Below are positions 36,497 to 45,784 of a stretch of 64,000 bases of DNA, piece by piece. The translations under genes were made by a program, and so were the position numbers. The DNA comes from an uncultured Desulfurivibrio sp. (GTDB taxonomy: Bacteria > Desulfobacterota > Desulfobulbia > Desulfobulbales > Desulfurivibrionaceae): the NCBI GenBank assembly GCA_964441875.1, contig CAYTVV010000004.1, forward strand, positions 394 to 64,393, written 5' to 3'. Below the pieces are notes generated by a model. That model saw only the letters and a list, made by a program, of their open reading frames with translations. It was not told the DNA's origin and searched no databases. Every line of letters starts with the position of its first letter. Position 1 is the stretch's first letter.

Positions 36497-39400
36497 ATGG
36501 ACAATAGGCTGACGGCCCTCTTCACCGAGGGCCGTTCCGTTAATATCATCGGCCTGCGCGGAAGCGCCGCGGCCTTTCATCTTGGCCGCACAGCCCGGCT
36601 CGGGCAGCGGTCCATCCTCTGCCTTACGCCAAGTGAGACCGCAGCCCAGCACCTTGTCCAGGATTTAACGCTTTTCAGCGATACCCAGGTTCTCTACTTT
36701 CCCGGCCATGAAATTCCCCCCTATACCCCGTTGTCGCCGGACAGCCGGACCGTGGCCGAACGTCTTGCCACCCTGTTTCAGATCCATGGCGCGGACAAAC
36801 CGTTTATTCTGGTCATGTCCATTGAGGCCCTGCTGCGGAGGGTTCTTCCCCGTACCACCCTTGCCAATCTGGCCGAGTTGGTCATGCGGGGCGAAGATAC
36901 CGATCTCGACGGTTTGATCGCCTCCCTTGCTGCCTGCGGCTACGATGCCGCGGCCCTGGTGCAATCCGTGGGCGAGTTCAGCCTGCGGGGCGGTATTCTC
37001 GATATTTTCCCTACGGGCTTTGAGATGCCCGTCCGTCTCGATTTCTGCGGCGATCTTGTTGAGTCCATTCGCAAGTTTGATCCCATCAGTCAGCGTTCGG
37101 TGGAAGATCTTGAGGAGATCGTTCTTCTGCCGGTCAGTGATATCCTTTATCCTGCCGGGGAGCAGGAGCTGCGGCAACTGGTCGATCGTTTCAAGGCCTT
37201 TGCCGAGGATCTTGCCTGGGACAGCGAGCGGGTCAGGGTCATGGAGGATTGTCTCCAGCATCGCCAGCGTTTTCCCGGGGTTGAATTTCTCCTGCCGCTC
37301 TTCTGCGAAACCTCGACCGTGCTTGACTATCTGGCGGACGATACCCTCGTCTTTTTTTCCTCGCCCACCGCCATTGCGGAAAGTCTTGCCCTCTGCCGGG
37401 AAAGGATTGGGGCCAATTTTGCCGAGGCATCCGCCGCCTGCCTGCCTGTTTTGCCGCCGGAGCAGATCTTTCTGCCGGAAGATGAATGGCGTGAGCGGCT
37501 GGTCCGTTTTCAGCAGGGCCGATTCTACGATTTTGCCCATCCGGAGATGGAAGAGGGTGAAACCCTGGAGATACCCTGCGGCAACCATGTCCTGCTCCGG
37601 CAGCAGCTTGAGTTGCAACGCAAAAATCAAGGGATGATGCCGGAACTGGCCCGGCAGCTGCATATCTGGCTTGAGGCCGGAGATACTGTTTTTTTTGCCT
37701 GTCGGACCAGGCGGCATGCGGAGCACACGGCGGAATTGCTCCGGCAATACGATCTGCCGGTGGCCATAAACTCGGCCCCGGTGCCGGAGGCCGCTGCTGC
37801 TGGCCGCGAGATTATCTTGGTGGATTCGCCGTTGGCAGCAGGCTTCGATCTGCCTGCTGCACGATTGCACTGGGTTTCGGAAAGCGAGCTTTTCGGCCAG
37901 CTTCGCCTGGGCGCGGGCAAGAAGAAGGGCGTCCAGCGGAGTCGGCCTGCGGTAAGCTTTGCCGAGCTTACGATCGGCGATATTGTGGTCCACACGGCCC
38001 ATGGCTTGGGCAGGTACGAAGGGCTGATCAATATCGAGTTGGGCGGCATAGCCAACGATTTTTTTCAGCTGGTGTATCGCGACGAAGACAAGCTTTATGT
38101 GCCGGTGGACCAGCTCAAGGTGATCAGCAAGTATCAGGGGCTTTCCGACACCGAACCGAAACTCGACAAGTTGGGCGGCAAGGTCTGGCAGACCCGACGG
38201 GAAAAGGTCAAGGAAGAGGTCTGGAAGGTGGCCCAGGACCTGTTGGGCCTCTATGCCCGGCGGGCCATGGTGGAAGGCCATGCCTTTTCGCCGCCGGACG
38301 AGTTGTTCCATGAGATGGAGGAGTCCTTCCCCTATGATGAGACCGCAGGCCAGCTCAAGGCGATCAACGAGGTGCTCGACGACCTGACCGCGCCCCGGCC
38401 CATGGATCGGCTGGTCTGCGGGGATGTGGGCTACGGCAAGACCGAGGTTGCGATCCGGGCGGCCTTCAAGGTGGTGGCTGATAATTTTCAGGTCGCCATT
38501 CTGGTGCCGACCACGGTACTGGCCGAGCAACATGCCGCCACCTTTCGGGAACGGTTGCAGGGCTTGCCCGTTCGGGTGGAAAGCCTTACCCGTTTTCGCA
38601 GCCCAGCGGAGCAGAAGCAAATTATTCAGGAGGTGCGCCAGGGAAGGGTCGATATTGTGATCGGCACCCACCGGTTGCTGTCCCAGGATGTGGCCTTCAA
38701 ACGGCTCGGACTCCTGATTATTGACGAAGAACACCGTTTCGGCGTGTCCCATAAGGAAAAACTCAAAAAACTCAAAAGCCAGGTGGATGTACTGACCCTG
38801 ACCGCCACTCCGATTCCTCGCACCCTGCAACTCTCCCTGCTCAGTATCCGCGACCTTTCCGTGATCAGCTCGCCGCCGGAGTTCCGGCGACCGGTGAAAA
38901 CCTTTGTCGCCCGGGATGATGAGCTGGTGATCAAGGAAGCCGTGGTTCGGGAGATGCAACGGGGCGGGCAGGTTTTTCTCGTCCACAACCGGGTCCATTC
39001 CATCCAGGAAATGGCCTCCAGGGTGCAGAAACTGGTCCCGGAAGCGCGGCTGGCCGTGGCCCATGGTCAGATGCCGGGGAAGGCCCTTGAAGAGATCATG
39101 GTCCGTTTTATCAAGGGAGAGATCGATGTGCTGGTCTGCACGACCATTATTGAATCAGGCCTTGATATCCCCAACGCCAACACCATTGTCATTACCAGGG
39201 CGGACCGGCTCGGCCTGGCGGAAATCTATCAGCTGCGCGGCAGGGTGGGGCGTGGGCGGGAGCAGGCCTATGCCTATCTGCTGGTTCCCTCCCTGGACGG
39301 CTTGTCCAAGGATGCCCAGCAGCGCTTGCGGGCGCTCATGGATTATAACGAGCTTGGCGGCGGCTTCAAACTGGCCATGAGTGATCTGCAAATCCGGGGG

Positions 39401-39985
39401 GGCGGTAATATCCTGGGGATCTCGCAAAGCGGCAATATTGCCGCAGTGGGCTATGACCTGTATCTTGAGTTGCTACAGCAGACCGTTCTCGACCTGAAGC
39501 GAAAAGGCGCTGCTGTGGAACAACCCCTTGAGCAGCTCGAGCCTGAAATCAATCTCAAGCTTTCGGCATTCCTCCCGGAACGCTATATTCCTTCGACGGA
39601 ACAACGCTATATTGCTTACCGCCGCCTGACCAACGCCGAGCAGGTGGAAGAGCTGCTGGACCTGAAGGATGAATTTACCGACCGCTATGGCCAGCTTCCC
39701 CAGGAGGCGCTCAATCTCTTTGAGGTGCTGGCCCTGAAAACCTTGCTCAGGCGCTTGTGGATCAGCAAACTGGAGCAGGGGCCTGCCAATCTTGTTTTCT
39801 CCTTCCATGAGAAAACCCCGGTGACTCCGGAGAAGATCATGCGTCTGCTTGAAAAATATAAAAATAAGGCGCGCTTCACCCCTGAATTCCGTTTGATTGT
39901 CCCAACCGAGCCTGGTGTCTTGCCGGAGCAAACCCTCCAGAATGCGCAAAATATTCTTGACTTGCTCGCGAAAGATGACATTTGA
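36497..39985 (+). CDS. mfd: Transcription-repair coupling factor
   Basis: CGDVGYGKTEVA, LIIDEEHRFGV, QLRGRVGRG, TRCF-type N- and C-terminal regions. Confidence 0.9.
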   Translation: MDNRLTALFTEGRSVNIIGLRGSAAAFHLGRTARLGQRSILCLTPSETAAQHLVQDLTLFSDTQVLYFPGHEIPPYTPLSPDSRTVAERLATLFQIHGADKPFILVMSIEALLRRVLPRTTLANLAELVMRGEDTDLDGLIASLAACGYDAAALVQSVGEFSLRGGILDIFPTGFEMPVRLDFCGDLVESIRKFDPISQRSVEDLEEIVLLPVSDILYPAGEQELRQLVDRFKAFAEDLAWDSERVRVMEDCLQHRQRFPGVEFLLPLFCETSTVLDYLADDTLVFFSSPTAIAESLALCRERIGANFAEASAACLPVLPPEQIFLPEDEWRERLVRFQQGRFYDFAHPEMEEGETLEIPCGNHVLLRQQLELQRKNQGMMPELARQLHIWLEAGDTVFFACRTRRHAEHTAELLRQYDLPVAINSAPVPEAAAAGREIILVDSPLAAGFDLPAARLHWVSESELFGQLRLGAGKKKGVQRSRPAVSFAELTIGDIVVHTAHGLGRYEGLINIELGGIANDFFQLVYRDEDKLYVPVDQLKVISKYQGLSDTEPKLDKLGGKVWQTRREKVKEEVWKVAQDLLGLYARRAMVEGHAFSPPDELFHEMEESFPYDETAGQLKAINEVLDDLTAPRPMDRLVCGDVGYGKTEVAIRAAFKVVADNFQVAILVPTTVLAEQHAATFRERLQGLPVRVESLTRFRSPAEQKQIIQEVRQGRVDIVIGTHRLLSQDVAFKRLGLLIIDEEHRFGVSHKEKLKKLKSQVDVLTLTATPIPRTLQLSLLSIRDLSVISSPPEFRRPVKTFVARDDELVIKEAVVREMQRGGQVFLVHNRVHSIQEMASRVQKLVPEARLAVAHGQMPGKALEEIMVRFIKGEIDVLVCTTIIESGLDIPNANTIVITRADRLGLAEIYQLRGRVGRGREQAYAYLLVPSLDGLSKDAQQRLRALMDYNELGGGFKLAMSDLQIRGGGNILGISQSGNIAAVGYDLYLELLQQTVLDLKRKGAAVEQPLEQLEPEINLKLSAFLPERYIPSTEQRYIAYRRLTNAEQVEELLDLKDEFTDRYGQLPQEALNLFEVLALKTLLRRLWISKLEQGPANLVFSFHEKTPVTPEKIMRLLEKYKNKARFTPEFRLIVPTEPGVLPEQTLQNAQNILDLLAKDDI

Positions 39986-40053
39986 AAATGACTGTGGTAA
40001 AATTTGCCGGTTATGAAGTTAAATAAGATTAAAAACAATATTTTCAAACTGTT

Positions 40054-41043
40054 ATGAGTGTGTCAGTGAAAATCACCTTACATGTTTTATGCGCGGCCCT
40101 GTGTTTTCTTGCTTTTTTCCATCCGCCCGTTGCCAGGGCGGAGATGGTGGACCGAATCATCGCTATCGTTAACGATGATGTCATTACCTTTTCCGACCTC
40201 AATCGGGAAGGGGCGGCGCTGTTTCGCCGGATCACCCAGGAAGCTCCGCCGGAACAGGTTGAACGGACCCTGCTGAAGGCCAGGGAGGAGATGCTTTCCA
40301 GCCTTATTGATAAGCTCATTGTTGCGCAGCGGGCCAAGAAGATGGGGGTTTCGGTGAGTAATCCCGAGGTGGACGCTGCGATCAAAAGTATCATCGAGCG
40401 TAATAAGACCACCCCGGAAAAGTTTTGGAAGCAGATGGCGCTCATGGGTTCCAACGAGCAAGACTACCGGGAACTTATCAGGGGCCAGATGTTGCAGGAC
40501 AGGCTGATCGATTACGAAATTCGTTCGCGGGTTGTGGTGAACGAGGAACGGATACGTGAATTTTACGAAAAAAATTATGCCCAGAAAATGAAGGAAGACG
40601 CCTATCATGTTTTGCAGATGGGTTTTGTCTGGAAGGAAAATACCCAGGCGGCCAAGGATGACGCCCGGCGGCGGGCTGAAGAGGCTCGGCAGCAGGCTCT
40701 TGCCGGCCAGGATTTCCGCACCCTGGCGCGGCAGTCTTCCGATCTGCCTTCGGCCAAGGATGGGGGAGATCTCGGGGTCTTCAAGAAGTCGGAAATGGCG
40801 GCCTATATGAAGGCAAGCATTCTCAGCCTACAGCCGGGACAGATCAGCACCATTCTGGAGACTCCGGCCGGGTACCAGTTTTTCAAGCTTCTTTCCGATA
40901 AGGGCGATGTCGGTCTTCAGGCTTCATATGAGTCAGTGAGAGAACAGATCAAGCAGCGTCTGTATGAGGAGACGATGAACAGTCAGTTCCAGAAGTGGGT
41001 AAAAGAGCTTCGCGATCAGGCGTATATCAAAAAAATACTTTAG
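40054..41043 (+). CDS. Periplasmic SurA-like chaperone / PpiC-type peptidyl-prolyl isomerase
   Basis: Signal peptide; DRIIAIVNDDVIT SurA_N-like region; parvulin GGDLGVF...PAGYQFFKL. Confidence 0.75.
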   Translation: MSVSVKITLHVLCAALCFLAFFHPPVARAEMVDRIIAIVNDDVITFSDLNREGAALFRRITQEAPPEQVERTLLKAREEMLSSLIDKLIVAQRAKKMGVSVSNPEVDAAIKSIIERNKTTPEKFWKQMALMGSNEQDYRELIRGQMLQDRLIDYEIRSRVVVNEERIREFYEKNYAQKMKEDAYHVLQMGFVWKENTQAAKDDARRRAEEARQQALAGQDFRTLARQSSDLPSAKDGGDLGVFKKSEMAAYMKASILSLQPGQISTILETPAGYQFFKLLSDKGDVGLQASYESVREQIKQRLYEETMNSQFQKWVKELRDQAYIKKIL

Positions 41044-41127
41044 GAGCCGTTACGGCGTCTGGCGTCGCGAACATCGCTGTCTGTTTCGTCAGTTGGAATG
41101 ACACGATTTTTTGTTACAACGGCTTAG
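41038..41127 (+). repeat. Family-2-related repeat, diverged copy
   Basis: Left end CTTTAGGAGCCGTTACG matches CTTTAGGGGCCGTTACG at 62198. Right end ...TGTTACAACGGCTTAG matches ...TGTTACGGG..ACGACGGCTTAG at 62295-62322. Its TAG serves as the stop codon of the SurA-like gene. Confidence 0.6.
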
Positions 41128-41159
41128 TCTAGTCTGTCCCAATAACCTCTGGATAAGGG

Positions 41160-42293
41160 ATGTCTCACATGACCAAGGACTCACCATCTGCTGATGATGC
41201 AACCGGCCAACCCACCGCTTTATCACGATCCGATGAAACCCTTGGCAGTTTTTTGAAAAGGCATCGACAAAACCAGGGAAAAGAGCTCGAAGAAATTGCG
41301 GAAAAGACGCGCATTCATGCTTCAACTCTTCGGGCCATTGAGGAGGACAATCCCAAGGCTTTGCCTGCGGAGGTTTTCGCCCGTGGGTTTGTGAAAAATT
41401 ATGCGCAGTATCTTGGTCTTGATCCCAATGAGGCCTTGGCCTGGTATATCGAACAGAACGCTGGAGAAGCCAGGCCAACGGAAAAAATCAATGTTCAGGA
41501 GGTTCTTGCCGGCGAGGCCATGGCCGAGGCACAGACTTTTCCTGTGGGACGTTTCATCATCTTTTTTATTGTCGCGGGCGTCCTTTTGTTTGCCGGGTAT
41601 CTGGTTTTGAGTTTTTTAAATTCTTCCGCCCCTCCCGTCGATATCTCCACGAAAGAGACGATTCCTCAAGTTCAAGTTGAGCCGCAATCGCCGCCGACTG
41701 TTCCGGTGCCAGGCGAGCCAGGCACAGAGCCCATCGTCGGTAGCGTGGGAACAGAGCAGGCCCCGCCTGTGACGCAGAGTGGGACACAAGCTCCGGCGCT
41801 TCCCCTTCCGCTTCCGCCTGTGTCCAGCCCTGTAAAATCAGGGCCAGAAGAGAAGGCCGGGCAGGTGGAACCCCAGAAGGTTGACGGGGAACAGGGCCTG
41901 GGAATTAAAAAAAAAACAGATGACGGAAAACCAATAATTTTTCCGCAGGCTATTAAGGAAAAGCCGGTGCCGACCCCGGAGCATCAGGAGATGACCAAGC
42001 CAGCTCCTGTATCGGTTGTTGCACCAACACTTTCCACGGTAAAAGCCCCAGGGATGAATTATGTCCTTGAGGCAAAGTTTACCGAATCAACCTGGCTTTC
42101 CGTGCAGATAGACAAGGAAAAGAAAAAATCCGCCATTTACCAGCCTGGGGATCATATGGTCTGGCAGGCGGAAAAAAAGATTGCCCTTTTTGTCGGGAAT
42201 GCCGGAGGTGTCGTCCTGACGCTGAATGGTAAACCGGTTCCTTCCCTTGGCAAGTCAATGGACAGCGCCCGGATTTCCTTTCCGACTGAGTAA
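41160..42293 (+). CDS. rodZ: RodZ-like cytoskeleton protein (HTH + TM + Pro-rich linker + DUF4115-like C-terminus)
   Basis: LGSFLKRHRQNQGKELEEIAEKTRIHASTLRAIEEDN...ARGFVKNYAQYLGLD; a single TM; C-terminal ...WLSVQIDKEK...TLNGKPV. Confidence 0.7.
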   Translation: MSHMTKDSPSADDATGQPTALSRSDETLGSFLKRHRQNQGKELEEIAEKTRIHASTLRAIEEDNPKALPAEVFARGFVKNYAQYLGLDPNEALAWYIEQNAGEARPTEKINVQEVLAGEAMAEAQTFPVGRFIIFFIVAGVLLFAGYLVLSFLNSSAPPVDISTKETIPQVQVEPQSPPTVPVPGEPGTEPIVGSVGTEQAPPVTQSGTQAPALPLPLPPVSSPVKSGPEEKAGQVEPQKVDGEQGLGIKKKTDDGKPIIFPQAIKEKPVPTPEHQEMTKPAPVSVVAPTLSTVKAPGMNYVLEAKFTESTWLSVQIDKEKKKSAIYQPGDHMVWQAEKKIALFVGNAGGVVLTLNGKPVPSLGKSMDSARISFPTE

Positions 42294-42382
42294 ATGCTGA
42301 ACTCGCAAAAAAAATAAAAAAAGTCACAGGTCCGTAACTCAACAGCTAAGAGTTACAGCAGCGAAGCGGCGAAACACTAACC

Positions 42383-42428
42383 GTTGTAATCGCGGCTTTT
42401 CGAAGTCAGCGCTTATCTGCGATTTCAA
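42383..42428 (-). repeat. Family-3 intergenic repeat
   Basis: Its reverse complement TTGAAATCGCAGATAAGCGCTGACTTCGAAAAGCCGCGATTACAAC matches 52136-52181 at 40 of 46 positions. Preceded by a GTAACTC...GAGTTAC hairpin (42335-42357). Confidence 0.7.
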
Positions 42429-42449
42429 CCATAGTCACAGTGAGAGCAG

Positions 42450-43199
42450 ATGTCCTTGCAGCAAAGCCTGGCCATTGTGCTCCAGGTTAAAGACCACGGT
42501 GATTCCGACAAGATTGTCACCGTGTACACCCTGGAGCACGGCAAAGTCGTGCTCATCGCCAAGGGCGCCAAGCGCAGCAAGAAACGTTTTGTTAACAAGC
42601 TTGAGCTGTTTTCCCTCCTCTCCATCCAATTTGCCCCAAGTCGCCACAGCACGCTCATGCGTCTGGATCAGGCCGATTTGCTGGACCCTTTCCCCAGGCT
42701 GCGGGAAAACTACGAATTGTATATCGGCGCTTGCCTCCTGTGTGAACTTGTCCTGCACTGGACCAGGGAGCAAGACAGTGACGAAGAGCTTTTTCGCCTG
42801 CTTGTTTGGGCGTTGGAGGGGTTGGCCGGGGCGGGGGGGAGTGTCAACCGCACGATCATCTTCTTCCATGTCAAAATGTTGGATATCCTCGGCTATCGTC
42901 CCGATCTGACAGGCTGTCTCGATTGCCGTGTCCTTGGGGCACCTGGGGTCTTGTACCGTTTTAGTCCCCTGCGCAACGGGTTGGTTTGCAGCCGTTGTGA
43001 ACCCCAGGCCACAGCCAACTCCCAGCCGCTTTCCATCCAGACCATTCAATTGTTGCGCAGGGTTCAGGATATGGAGCAAGGGAAACTTGAACGGCTCCAT
43101 TTTTCCTTGGCGTCTACTCAGGAGGCTATTGCCCTGCTGAAACGATATGACACCCATCTGTTGCAGCGGGAGGTGCAGTCCTGGAATTTTCTGGGCTGA
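42450..43199 (+). CDS. recO: DNA repair protein RecO
   Basis: OB-fold N-terminus (VLQVKDHGDSDKIVTVYT.EHGK). Zn motif CLDC...CSRC. Confidence 0.8.
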   Translation: MSLQQSLAIVLQVKDHGDSDKIVTVYTLEHGKVVLIAKGAKRSKKRFVNKLELFSLLSIQFAPSRHSTLMRLDQADLLDPFPRLRENYELYIGACLLCELVLHWTREQDSDEELFRLLVWALEGLAGAGGSVNRTIIFFHVKMLDILGYRPDLTGCLDCRVLGAPGVLYRFSPLRNGLVCSRCEPQATANSQPLSIQTIQLLRRVQDMEQGKLERLHFSLASTQEAIALLKRYDTHLLQREVQSWNFLG

Positions 43200-43200
43200 G

Positions 43201-43347
43201 GGCAACTGTCCAGCAGCACCACATCTGCTTCGCAGTCTCGCTGTGCTCGCTTAGCTGTCATCGGCCTGCTCGTGTGCAACAGCACACTTCGCAGGCCTCT
43301 TCCGCGCATCTGTGGCAGCAGTGAAACGGCGCTGCTGAACAGTTACC
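43201..43347. repeat. Family-1 palindromic intergenic repeat, 147 bp
   Basis: Termini GGCAACTGTCCAGCAGC / GCTGCTGAACAGTTACC. It fills the gap between convergent recO and the flavoprotein gene. Confidence 0.8.
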
Positions 43348-43396
43348 GTTCTGGGACTGCCTTGGGCCGAATCGGAGAGTCCCTCGGCTCATTTGC

Positions 43397-43975
43397 TTAT
43401 TCCGCTTTGATTTTCTGGAGGAGCCAGGCCATGTTGCTTCCCAGGTCGCGCATGGTTTTCATGCCTTCCTCGTCGTTGGCCACCTCGCCTGGTTCCCTGC
43501 CGATGCCGATGTTCCAGTAGGATGAGCCCACCACGATCATCTGGCCGATGAGGAAAAAGGCGTTGAGGGAGTTGAAGACCTGAATGGCTCCGGCCCTGCG
43601 GACCGCGACCACCCCGGCCCCGGCCTTGCGTTTGAACAAATCGCCGTTGGCCCGGGAAACCATGCCGCACCGCTCGATCAGGGCCTTCATCCCTGCGGAG
43701 ACATCGGCGAAGTAGGTGGGGGAGCCCAGGAGGATGCCGTCCGCAGCGATCATTTTGGCAAGGCAGTCGTTGATGATATCTTTTTCCACGGCGCAACGAC
43801 TGTCTTTGTTCTTGAAACACTGGTAGCAGGCGATGCAGCCGGAGACCGACTGGCCTGACAACTCGACCAGCTCTGTGTCGATCCCTTGGCGAGACAGCTC
43901 TTCCAAAGCGGTATTCAGCAATTTCGCGGTGTTTCCTCCCTTGCGGGCGCTTCCGTTAAACGCGACGACTTTCAT
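43397..43975 (-). CDS. Iron-sulfur flavoprotein (Isf) / NADPH-dependent FMN reductase family
   Basis: MKVVAFNGSARKGGNT flavodoxin-like start. Compact CIACYQCFKNKDSRC cysteine cluster, as in Isf proteins. Confidence 0.7.
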   Translation of the reverse strand: MKVVAFNGSARKGGNTAKLLNTALEELSRQGIDTELVELSGQSVSGCIACYQCFKNKDSRCAVEKDIINDCLAKMIAADGILLGSPTYFADVSAGMKALIERCGMVSRANGDLFKRKAGAGVVAVRRAGAIQVFNSLNAFFLIGQMIVVGSSYWNIGIGREPGEVANDEEGMKTMRDLGSNMAWLLQKIKAE

Positions 43976-44096
43976 GGCATTCTCTCCTCATGTTTTTCCA
44001 GCTTACGGTGTCGGGGTGTTATGCGGCGTTTGGGAGTGCATCTGGCATGATATTGTAATCGAGATTGGCAAGGACAGGAAGAATTTCGAGAAAAAA

Positions 44097-44126
44097 CCAG
44101 CCGGGGAAGAGCCCCGGCTGGTTTTT
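44097..44126 (-). terminator. Bidirectional-type intrinsic terminator after the radical SAM gene
   Basis: CCAGCCGGGG-aagag-CCCCGGCTGG flanked by A6 and T5. On the minus strand a U-run follows the stem 11 nt after the stop. Confidence 0.75.
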
Positions 44127-44137
44127 GTGGGAAAAAG

Positions 44138-45529
44138 TTACTTCCAGCAGTAGGACATTTCTGTTTCGGTCCGCCAGCTGTTCCAGAGATAGGCATCCTC
44201 CCGTTGTTGGGCGATGATCCGGAAGGCATGGCGCACCTGTTCCTCAAAAAAGCTACAGTAAGGGCTCGGTGCATTGATGTCGCCGGAGACCTTGTAGATC
44301 TCGGCAGGGCAGGGCGCCCCGCAGAAATGCCTGATGGCGCAGCCTGCACAGGGGATAATTTTTTCCACCTTTCTGTTTGTTACTTCCTGGAAAGGCTTGC
44401 TGGCAAGAATATCTGCGGGATCATCACGGAAGATGTTTCCGCCGGAAAACTCGTTCATGCCGATGAATTCGCTGCACGGAACGACCTCGCCGTCCGCGGC
44501 AACGGCAAAGAAACAACGACCGCCTCCGCAGGGAGAGATGTCGCACATCAGTCTGCGGCCGGTCGGGCCGATAACCCCGGCCAGAACATTGGCGAAGTTG
44601 GCGATGACCAGCTTTCTGCCGGTTTGCTCAAAAAGCTCAAAAGAGCGGTCCAGAGCCTTGAAAAAAGCCTCGGCCAGGACATGGTTGTCTGGTTTTAGAT
44701 CCATTCCACCTTGACGTGTGCAGCGCACCGGATTGAGCATGACCACCCGCACCCCCAGCCCGTGATAAAAATCCACCATTTCAGTCAGGGTGTGCACGTT
44801 GGCTTGGGTTACGGTGGTTATGACATTGAGAGCCGGGTAATCAACGAGTTTTTTGATCACCGAGACCACGGTGTCGTAATAGCCGTTGCCCTGCCAGTTC
44901 TTTCTGGTGCGGTTGGCGACCTCTGCGGTGGGGGCGTCCAGGGATAGGCCGATGCCGACCTTGTGCTCCCGTAAAAAGCTGATTGCCGTGTCGTCGAGCA
45001 GAGTGGCATTGGTCTGGATGCCGAAATGGAAGTCGTCTTTAAAACGTGCAATCGCGGCAAACACAGCATCCCTGGCCACCATGGGTTCGCTGCCGTGGAA
45101 GATAAGCTGCGGTTTTACCCCTTCCGGCAAAATCTTCCGGAAATGTTGCAGCAGCCGTTCAAGGGCGAGCATCAGCTTTTCCTCCCCCATGTCGATGCCG
45201 TTTTTGCGCATCTCTTCGGGAAGGTAGCAGTAGCTGCAATTCAGGTTGCAGCGTTCGGTTGGGTTCACATATGCGGCGGAGAGCTTCAGGCCCGAGCGCA
45301 GGTGGTCCATTTCCGTGTGAAATTCCGCCTCGCGGGCCATGAAGTCTTGGGCCATGGAGCCAGCCAGGGCCTGGGGCAGGTCATCTCTGTCAACCAAGGC
45401 CCAGTAGGCCGTGTCCGCCTCGACAACCGCAACCCGATCAGGATCGCCGATCTCCAGCACGGAGAAATTCGGGCCATGGCCGGTATTGGCGAAAACGGTC
45501 GTTGCTGTCTGTTTGTCTGTTTGTGCCAT
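44138..45529 (-). CDS. Radical SAM enzyme with C-terminal SPASM domain (peptide-maturase type)
   Basis: ERCNLNCSYCY (CxxxCxxC). SPASM cysteines CGGGRC..VPC and CAGCAIRHFCGAPC (Cx2Cx5Cx3C). About 95-aa N-terminal extension. Confidence 0.85.
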   Translation of the reverse strand: MAQTDKQTATTVFANTGHGPNFSVLEIGDPDRVAVVEADTAYWALVDRDDLPQALAGSMAQDFMAREAEFHTEMDHLRSGLKLSAAYVNPTERCNLNCSYCYLPEEMRKNGIDMGEEKLMLALERLLQHFRKILPEGVKPQLIFHGSEPMVARDAVFAAIARFKDDFHFGIQTNATLLDDTAISFLREHKVGIGLSLDAPTAEVANRTRKNWQGNGYYDTVVSVIKKLVDYPALNVITTVTQANVHTLTEMVDFYHGLGVRVVMLNPVRCTRQGGMDLKPDNHVLAEAFFKALDRSFELFEQTGRKLVIANFANVLAGVIGPTGRRLMCDISPCGGGRCFFAVAADGEVVPCSEFIGMNEFSGGNIFRDDPADILASKPFQEVTNRKVEKIIPCAGCAIRHFCGAPCPAEIYKVSGDINAPSPYCSFFEEQVRHAFRIIAQQREDAYLWNSWRTETEMSYCWK

Positions 45530-45657
45530 TACTTGCTGCCGTCCTCTGGTGTTGTGTCCGCGCTGGGGGCGAGCAGGATATAATGGGAAAGTCCGGTTCC
45601 CTGGCCGATCAGGTTGCAGCGCCGACGGTATGAAATGATCTGTTTCTGTGCCTTCAT
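45529..45657 (-). CDS. 42-aa candidate precursor peptide (not in the supplied ORF track)
   Basis: Hand translation gives MKAQKQIISYRRRCNLIGQGTGLSHYILLAPSADTTPEDGSK. AGGAGA SD 5 nt upstream of the ATG. Stop TAA overlaps the rSAM ATG (TAATG). Confidence 0.6.
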   Translation of the reverse strand: MKAQKQIISYRRRCNLIGQGTGLSHYILLAPSADTTPEDGSK

Positions 45658-45690
45658 GGTTTTCTCCTGTTATTGTTGGTCAGTGTGCAT

Positions 45691-45728
45691 AAAAAAACCC
45701 GGAGCAACCCCATAGGAGTCACTCCGGG
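45691..45728 (-). terminator. Intrinsic terminator forming the riboswitch expression platform
   Basis: Minus strand reads CCCGGAG-(17 nt)-CTCCGGG followed by U7. It lies between the aptamer and the SD of the small ORF. Confidence 0.7.
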
Positions 45729-45784
45729 TTCTGTTTCCATTAGAATACCCAGACGAACAGCAATACAAACGTGCGAAACATTAT

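Noticed and set aside
36665-39064. 799-aa minus-strand ORF antisense to mfd. Similar long antisense ORFs occur at 4110-5579, 15891-17336, 26069-27751, 29874-31184, 34592-35788, 49563-50636 and 59164-60231.
   Set aside because: Each lies opposite a CDS with strong family motifs. They have biased, shadow-frame composition and lack SD sequences. They are artefacts of stop-codon depletion.
43389-43820. 143-aa minus-strand ORF overlapping the flavoprotein gene in another frame
   Set aside because: It is Arg/Gly/Pro-rich and lies entirely inside a CDS with clear flavodoxin/Isf motifs.
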